A DNA stretch of 64,000 nt from Escherichia coli (GTDB lineage Bacteria; Pseudomonadota; Gammaproteobacteria; Enterobacterales; Enterobacteriaceae), in assembly GCF_016026235.1 (NCBI RefSeq), contig NZ_CP065613.1; one strand, given 5' to 3'. Every line of letters begins with the position of its first letter. Position 1 is the stretch's first letter. The position numbers were made by a program, and so were the translations under genes. Positions 58,213-64,000 of the stretch are shown here, one piece after another. The notes beneath the pieces were generated by a model. That model saw only the letters and a list, made by a program, of their open reading frames with translations. It did no database searches and was not told the DNA's origin.

Positions 58213-60204
58213 TTACAGCAGTTCTTTTGCTTTCGCAACAACGTTGTCAACGGTGAAGCCGAACTCTTCAAAGAGTTGCTCTGCCGGAGCAGATTCACCG
58301 AAGGTGGTCATACCGACGATAGCACCGTTCAGGCCAACATACTTGTACCAGTAGTCAGCAATACCCGCTTCCACCGCAACGCGTGCAGTAACCGCTTTCG
58401 GCAGGACAGACTCACGGTAAGCCGCGTCCTGCTTGTCGAATGCGTCGGTAGACGGCATGGAAACCACGCGCGCTTTCACGCCTTCGGCAGTCAGTTTTTC
58501 GTATGCAGCGACAGCCAGTTCAACTTCAGAACCAGTAGCGATGAAGATCAGTTCCGGCTGGCCGGCACAGTCTTTCAGCACATAACCACCGCGCGCGATG
58601 TTTGCCAGTTGCTCTTCAGTTCGTTCCTGCTGCGCCAGGTTCTGACGGGAGAGGATCAGTGCGGTCGGGCCGTCCTGACGCTCAACACCGTATTTCCACG
58701 CGACCGCGGATTCAACCTGGTCACACGGACGCCATGTAGACATGTTCGGGGTTACGCGCAGAGAAGCGACCTGCTCTACCGGCTGGTGAGTCGGGCCATC
58801 TTCGCCCAGACCGATGGAGTCGTGGGTGTAAACCATCACCTGACGCTGTTTCATCAGCGCAGCCATACGTACGGCGTTACGTGCGTATTCCACGAACATC
58901 AGGAAGGTGGAGGTGTACGGCAGGAAACCACCGTGCAGGGAGATACCGTTAGCAATCGCGGTCATACCGAACTCGCGAACACCGTAGTGGATGTAGTTAC
59001 CCGCAGCATCTTCGTTGATTGCTTTAGAACCAGACCACAGGGTCAGGTTAGACGGTGCCAGGTCAGCAGAACCGCCGAGGAATTCCGGCAACAGCGGACC
59101 GAACGCTTCGATAGCATTCTGCGACGCTTTACGGCTGGCGATTTTCGCCGGATTAGCCTGCAGTTTAGCGATGAACTCTTTCGCTTTAGCGTCGAAGTCA
59201 GACGGCATTTCGCCTTTCATACGGCGGGTAAATTCAGCGGCTTCCTGCGGATAAGCTTTCGCGTAAGCAGCGAATTTCACGTTCCATGCGGATTCTTTCG
59301 CCTGGCCTGCTTCTTTCGCATCCCACTGAGCATAGATTTCAGACGGGATTTCGAACGGTGCATATTTCCAGCCCAGCTGTTCGCGGGTCAGGGCAATTTC
59401 AGCGTCGCCCAGCGGCGCACCGTGGGAGTCGTGAGTACCGGCTTTGTTCGGGGAACCGAAACCGATGATGGTTTTGCACATCAGCAGGGACGGTTTGTCA
59501 GTCACTGCGCGCGCTTCTTCTACTGCGCGTTTGATGGATGCCGCGTCATGACCGTCGATGTCGCGAATAACGTGCCAACCGTAAGCTTCGAAACGCATTG
59601 CGGTGTCGTCGGTGAACCAGCCTTCAACGTGACCATCGATAGAGATACCGTTGTCATCGTAGAACGCAATCAATTTACCCAGCTTCAGCGTACCCGCCAG
59701 AGAGCAAACTTCGTGGGAGATGCCTTCCATCATGCAGCCGTCGCCCATGAAGGCATAGGTGTAGTGGTCGACAATGTCGTGGCCCAGACGGTTAAACTGC
59801 GCCGCCAGCGTTTTTTCTGCAATCGCCATACCGACTGCGTTGGCAATACCCTGACCCAGCGGACCGGTGGTGGTTTCCACACCAGCGGTGTAACCCACTT
59901 CCGGGTGACCCGGAGTTTTAGAGTGCAGCTGACGGAAGTTTTTCAGTTCTTCCATCGGCAGATCGTAACCGGTGAGGTGCAGCAGGCTGTAGATCAGCAT
60001 GGAGCCGTGGCCGTTGGACAGCACGAAGCGGTCACGGTCAGCCCAGGACGGATTCTGCGGGTTGTGTTTCAGGAAATCACGCCACAGGACTTCGGCAATG
60101 TCAGCCATACCCATAGGGGCACCCGGGTGACCGGATTTGGCTTTCTGTACTGCGTCCATGCTCAGCGCACGAATAGCATTGGCAAGCTCTTTACGTGAGG
60201 ACAT
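58213..60204 (-). CDS. tktA: Transketolase 1
   Basis: 663 aa from [32 protein letters not shown]... Confidence 0.95.
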   Translation of the reverse strand: MSSRKELANAIRALSMDAVQKAKSGHPGAPMGMADIAEVLWRDFLKHNPQNPSWADRDRFVLSNGHGSMLIYSLLHLTGYDLPMEELKNFRQLHSKTPGHPEVGYTAGVETTTGPLGQGIANAVGMAIAEKTLAAQFNRLGHDIVDHYTYAFMGDGCMMEGISHEVCSLAGTLKLGKLIAFYDDNGISIDGHVEGWFTDDTAMRFEAYGWHVIRDIDGHDAASIKRAVEEARAVTDKPSLLMCKTIIGFGSPNKAGTHDSHGAPLGDAEIALTREQLGWKYAPFEIPSEIYAQWDAKEAGQAKESAWNVKFAAYAKAYPQEAAEFTRRMKGEMPSDFDAKAKEFIAKLQANPAKIASRKASQNAIEAFGPLLPEFLGGSADLAPSNLTLWSGSKAINEDAAGNYIHYGVREFGMTAIANGISLHGGFLPYTSTFLMFVEYARNAVRMAALMKQRQVMVYTHDSIGLGEDGPTHQPVEQVASLRVTPNMSTWRPCDQVESAVAWKYGVERQDGPTALILSRQNLAQQERTEEQLANIARGGYVLKDCAGQPELIFIATGSEVELAVAAYEKLTAEGVKARVVSMPSTDAFDKQDAAYRESVLPKAVTARVAVEAGIADYWYKYVGLNGAIVGMTTFGESAPAEQLFEEFGFTVDNVVAKAKELL

Positions 60205-60481
60205 TTTGACTCCAGATCGGATGATGAAGGGCACGCCCTTAACGACTTGACGACAGCGCGTTTTGGGCTACGCCGGAAAATTTGCCAACAATTTACCGCA
60301 AGCCGCGCGTCATGTACATGGAACATCCTTTTGCCGCTTCAGAAATCTCTGGATCATGCTCGCATGTTGCGCAATCTGCTCGCCCGTCCGCTGCGCTTTT
60401 CCTTATACTGAGACTGAGCGTCGATTCACCTGCAAACGGCGCATTTTTAGAATAATCCTGACCTTGTGCGGAAGAGAAAAC

Positions 60482-61240
60482 ATGAAAATTCGCGCCTTAT
60501 TGGTAGCAATGAGCGTGGCAACGGTACTGACTGGTTGCCAGAATATGGACTCCAACGGACTGCTCTCATCAGGAGCGGAAGCTTTTCAGGCTTACAGTTT
60601 GAGTGATGCGCAGGTGAAAGCCCTGAGCGATCAGGCATGTCAGGAGATGGACAGCAAGGCGACGATTGCGCCAGCCAATAGCGAATACGCTAAACGTCTG
60701 ACAACTATTGCCAATGCGCTAGGCAACAATATCAACGGTCAGCCGGTAAATTACAAAGTGTATATGGCGAAGGATGTGAACGCCTTTGCAATGGCTAACG
60801 GCTGTATCCGTGTCTATAGCGGGCTGATGGATATGATGACGGATAACGAAGTCGAAGCGGTGATCGGTCACGAAATGGGGCACGTGGCATTAGGCCATGT
60901 GAAAAAAGGAATGCAGGTGGCACTTGGTACAAATGCCGTGCGAGTAGCTGCGGCCTCTGCGGGCGGGATTGTCGGCAGTTTATCTCAATCACAACTCGGT
61001 GATCTGGGCGAGAAATTAGTTAATTCGCAATTCTCCCAGCGCCAGGAAGCAGAAGCCGATGATTATTCTTACGATCTTCTGCGCCAACGCGGCATCAGCC
61101 CGGCAGGTCTTGCCACCAGCTTTGAAAAACTGGCGAAACTGGAAGAAGGCCGCCAAAGCTCAATGTTTGACGACCATCCTGCATCCGCCGAACGCGCCCA
61201 GCATATTCGCGATCGCATGAGCGCGGATGGGGTTAAGTAA
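60482..61240 (+). CDS. loiP: Outer-membrane metalloprotease LoiP (YggG), M48 family
   Basis: 252 aa from MKIRALLVAMSVATVLTGCQ (lipobox); HEMGH zinc motif. Confidence 0.92.
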   Translation: MKIRALLVAMSVATVLTGCQNMDSNGLLSSGAEAFQAYSLSDAQVKALSDQACQEMDSKATIAPANSEYAKRLTTIANALGNNINGQPVNYKVYMAKDVNAFAMANGCIRVYSGLMDMMTDNEVEAVIGHEMGHVALGHVKKGMQVALGTNAVRVAAASAGGIVGSLSQSQLGDLGEKLVNSQFSQRQEAEADDYSYDLLRQRGISPAGLATSFEKLAKLEEGRQSSMFDDHPASAERAQHIRDRMSADGVK

Positions 61241-61295
61241 GTCAGACATACCGATCTACAACATAATTGTAGGTCGGTAACGCCTGAATCCCCGA

Positions 61296-62048
61296 TCAGA
61301 GTAGTGATTTCACTTTATTTAGCAAAACGGCTACATCATCCGGTCGGGTATATCCCGTATCAGGGTCTATAATCGAGCTGTAAACATGTGGCATAATGCG
61401 CGGCACCCCCGCCTCCAGACAAGTTTTCAGAATCACACTGAAGTTATCCAAATCAATCCCGCCAGTCGGCTCAATCAGCGTCATACCATTGCGCGCCGCC
61501 GTGGTCGCCAGCGCGTATAGCTCCGGAAGCGACCTCTCGCCGCCCATCGGAAAGAACTTCGCCGCGTGTGCGCCCATATCTAGCATCATTCGCACCGCCG
61601 TATCGCAGGAGACGCGGGCAGGCGTACCCTGGCTGCTGCTAACGCCGGTGGAAATCAGCACTTCGCCCGGCGTCCCCGTCGGGCTAACCAGCGCGTTGAC
61701 ATGGGTCTGCTCACCGCCCGTAGCCGCAAGCGCGCCTGCCGCGAAACCACAACCGGTAAAGGTCTGGTTAACGTGTGCTGGATGAATCTGCGCCGCAATC
61801 ATCGCAGCTTTGTAATACTGCGCCGGGTCACCCGCCCCCAGACCTACTGAAATGGACGGTATTTCCGCCATCCAACGTTTAACTTCCTGGATCCCCTCAT
61901 CCACCGAGGAGAACTGCGCGGAAAGCACGCCAATCACTGCGTGGCCTTCGGCGGCGTCAAAGATTTCACGGGCATTGGCGATATCTTTCGCCAGCACATT
62001 AATTGCCACGCGATTACGATAGAAATTAATCTTTTGCATGATCTGCAA
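61296..62048 (-). CDS. DgaF-like putative aldolase (KDPG-aldolase-type), last gene of a D-glucosaminate-like operon
   Basis: 250-aa ORF directly downstream of the SelA-like gene and PTS IID; family assignment from recollection of the Salmonella dga operon. Confidence 0.55.
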   Translation of the reverse strand: MQIMQKINFYRNRVAINVLAKDIANAREIFDAAEGHAVIGVLSAQFSSVDEGIQEVKRWMAEIPSISVGLGAGDPAQYYKAAMIAAQIHPAHVNQTFTGCGFAAGALAATGGEQTHVNALVSPTGTPGEVLISTGVSSSQGTPARVSCDTAVRMMLDMGAHAAKFFPMGGERSLPELYALATTAARNGMTLIEPTGGIDLDNFSVILKTCLEAGVPRIMPHVYSSIIDPDTGYTRPDDVAVLLNKVKSLL

Positions 62049-63134
62049 TCTCCTTCAGTCGCGCCACGATAAGTGCCATTTCCCCTTCCGCCTCCGTACG
62101 CGGATCAAGGCTAAAAACGCCCTGGTGGAGGTTATACCGCCGTGCATAAATCGCGATATCGCCACCACGCAGTTGCGCTTCGACGACGCGAGCGTCAACT
62201 CCCAATTCCTGCGCATTTACTCGAATACGAATACGCCAGATTGCACGCCCGGCTTCATCCTGCTCAATATCAGCCGTTAACCCGTGAATCGCAGAAATCG
62301 CTTCAACCACTGGCTGGAGCTGTTCCGCGGTGATGACTGCCTGCCCCTGGTGATAATTCTCCAGCGCGTAAACCAGCCCAACCATGTTCTCCTTGCCGAT
62401 TTTCATCGCCCTGGCAATGCCGTGATGCTGCGCTTTGCAGGCTGCAATCCAGATTTTTTACCAGTGATAAACCCGGAGGTCGGCGCGTTAAAGGCTTTTG
62501 CGCCGCTGTAGACCACCATATCCGCTCCGCTCACCACCCAGGCACGTAAATCCTCTTCGGCGGCGGCATCGACAATCAGCGGCAGGTTGTACATCTGCGC
62601 GACATGTGCGAAGTCCTCGATGTTCAACATTCCCTTCTGCACGCAGTGATGCGACTTCACATACAGCAGCGCGGCGGTCGCGTCGGTAATGGCACTCTCC
62701 AGCTGCCAGAGAGCCGCCAGGTTACTTGAACCCACCTCCACAACGCGCCCGCCACCTAAGCGGATCGCGCTGAGGATCGATGCACCGTAATCGACGTTAT
62801 GGCCGCGCAGCATCACCACTTCATTGGCCATGCCGGAGCTATCCGGCATGAGCGCCACCCGGGCCTTGTCGCCGCGTGTAATGGCGGCGGCGACAGCGAT
62901 GGCGATCCCTGCTGAGGCACAGGAGGTAACGTAGCTATCCTCCGCCCCGGTAAAGCGAGAGACCAGCTCGCCGGTTTTGTCCACCAGCTGGTCAATCTCC
63001 ACGAAAGAGGATGCCGCGCGCGCGGTGGCCTGCATCACCTCCGGCGCGACGCTGGAGACGCCGAGAATCGTCATCTTGCCGCAGGCGTTAATCACCTGTT
63101 TCAGTCCCAGTTGTTGATAGATATTCTGCGTCAT
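62026..63134 (-). pseudogene. DgaE-like SelA-family PLP enzyme (putative D-glucosaminate-6-phosphate ammonia-lyase), split by a -1 frameshift in a coding-strand A6 run (plus-strand T6 at 62449-62454)
   Basis: Two ORFs (62403..63134, 243 aa; 62026..62406, 126 aa) together equal a ~369-aa protein; the other frame reads through the junction as ...GKKIWIAACKAQHHGIARAMKIGKE... Confidence 0.7.
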
Positions 63135-63137
63135 GGC

Positions 63138-63995
63138 TTACAGCACTCCCAGCAGCGAGCAGACCACGCTCAACGCCACAATCGACAGCAGAATCGTGGT
63201 GTAACGCGGACCCTTTTTCACCAAATAGAAGTAGATGGCGAACACTGCCGCCAGCGGCAGCAGGCCGGGCGCGATGGAGTCCAGAATCTGCTGTACCACC
63301 ACTTCAGAGCCTTTCAGTGCGCTAATTTTTAAAGGTGAGGTTATCTTGACAAAGCTCGCGGATAGCGCGCCCATCATGATAAGCCCCAGTACGTTAGCGC
63401 CGTAGATAAGCTCCTTGATGCGCCCTCCCTGCAGCAGACTGATAATCGAATCGCGCCCCAGCGTATAGCCCTTGTGCACCATGCCGTAGCTGATTGCCAG
63501 CGTAATCGCCGGGTAGAGAATCAGCGGCAAAATACCGCCCATCGCGCTGCCATTGGCGGCGAACGGGATAAAAATAGCAATCAACAGCGGCATCACCGCC
63601 GCCCAGATGATGGAGTCGCCCATCCCGGCCAGCGGCCCCATCAGGCCGGTTTTAATCCCGGTGATAGAGGCATCGTTAATCGCCTCGCCGCGGGTCTTTT
63701 GCTCTTCCATGGCGATGGAGATCCCCTGGATCACCGCGCCAAACGTCTGCTCTGAGTTGAAGAAGTTCAGATGGCGTTTTAACGCCTCCACCTGCTCCTC
63801 CTTTTGCGGATAGAGCTTTTTGATAATCGGCGTCATCGAGGCGCAGAAAATCAGGCTCTGTAAACGCTCATAGGAGCTGGAAACTTCCGCGCCCAGCCAG
63901 TAGATAAACCACGCTTTGGTGATATCCGCTTTGGTCAGCGCCCCGGACTCCCGCGCGCGCTCAACCAGTTCATGCTGCATTACGTCGTCGCTCAT
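63138..63995 (-). CDS. PTS mannose/sorbose-family EIID component
   Basis: 285-aa polytopic membrane protein; IIC/IIB/IIA would lie beyond the right edge. Confidence 0.8.
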   Translation of the reverse strand: MSDDVMQHELVERARESGALTKADITKAWFIYWLGAEVSSSYERLQSLIFCASMTPIIKKLYPQKEEQVEALKRHLNFFNSEQTFGAVIQGISIAMEEQKTRGEAINDASITGIKTGLMGPLAGMGDSIIWAAVMPLLIAIFIPFAANGSAMGGILPLILYPAITLAISYGMVHKGYTLGRDSIISLLQGGRIKELIYGANVLGLIMMGALSASFVKITSPLKISALKGSEVVVQQILDSIAPGLLPLAAVFAIYFYLVKKGPRYTTILLSIVALSVVCSLLGVL

Positions 63996-64000
63996 TATGC

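Noticed and set aside
58276-60198. 640-aa plus-strand ORF
   Set aside because: Antisense shadow of tktA.

Overview
This window reads as an Escherichia coli / Shigella-type chromosome segment; gene identities below come from recognising the translated ORFs against remembered E. coli K-12 proteins, not from any search. The left block (ygcN', queD, cysJIH, a hok-family toxin locus) is in the opposite orientation to the right block (lysS, prfB, recJ, dsbC, xerD, fldB, the gcvTHP and ubiIH-pepP operons, zapA, 6S RNA, serA, rpiA, argP, the sbm operon, mscS, fbaA, pgk, epd, the ygg/cmt cluster, tktA, loiP). The two blocks are joined by IS elements: one IS10-like copy inside ygcN (1-881) and a second, truncated copy (7544-8303) with a complete 1426-bp IS4 nested in it (8304-9729) and no target-site duplication. 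Relative to the K-12 layout as I recall it, this junction places cysH/hok next to lysS where K-12 has the type I-E CRISPR-Cas locus; no CRISPR array or cas gene is in the window. Accessory content includes an ECF-type transporter cluster between epd and yggC (49.5-52.6 kb), the distal end of a D-glucosaminate-like PTS operon after loiP with a frameshifted dgaE-like gene, and two tandem Ibs/Sib type I toxin-antitoxin modules between ygfA and serA. ygfF, which I recall between bglA and gcvP in K-12, is absent. Most remaining long ORFs in the track are antisense shadows of these genes.
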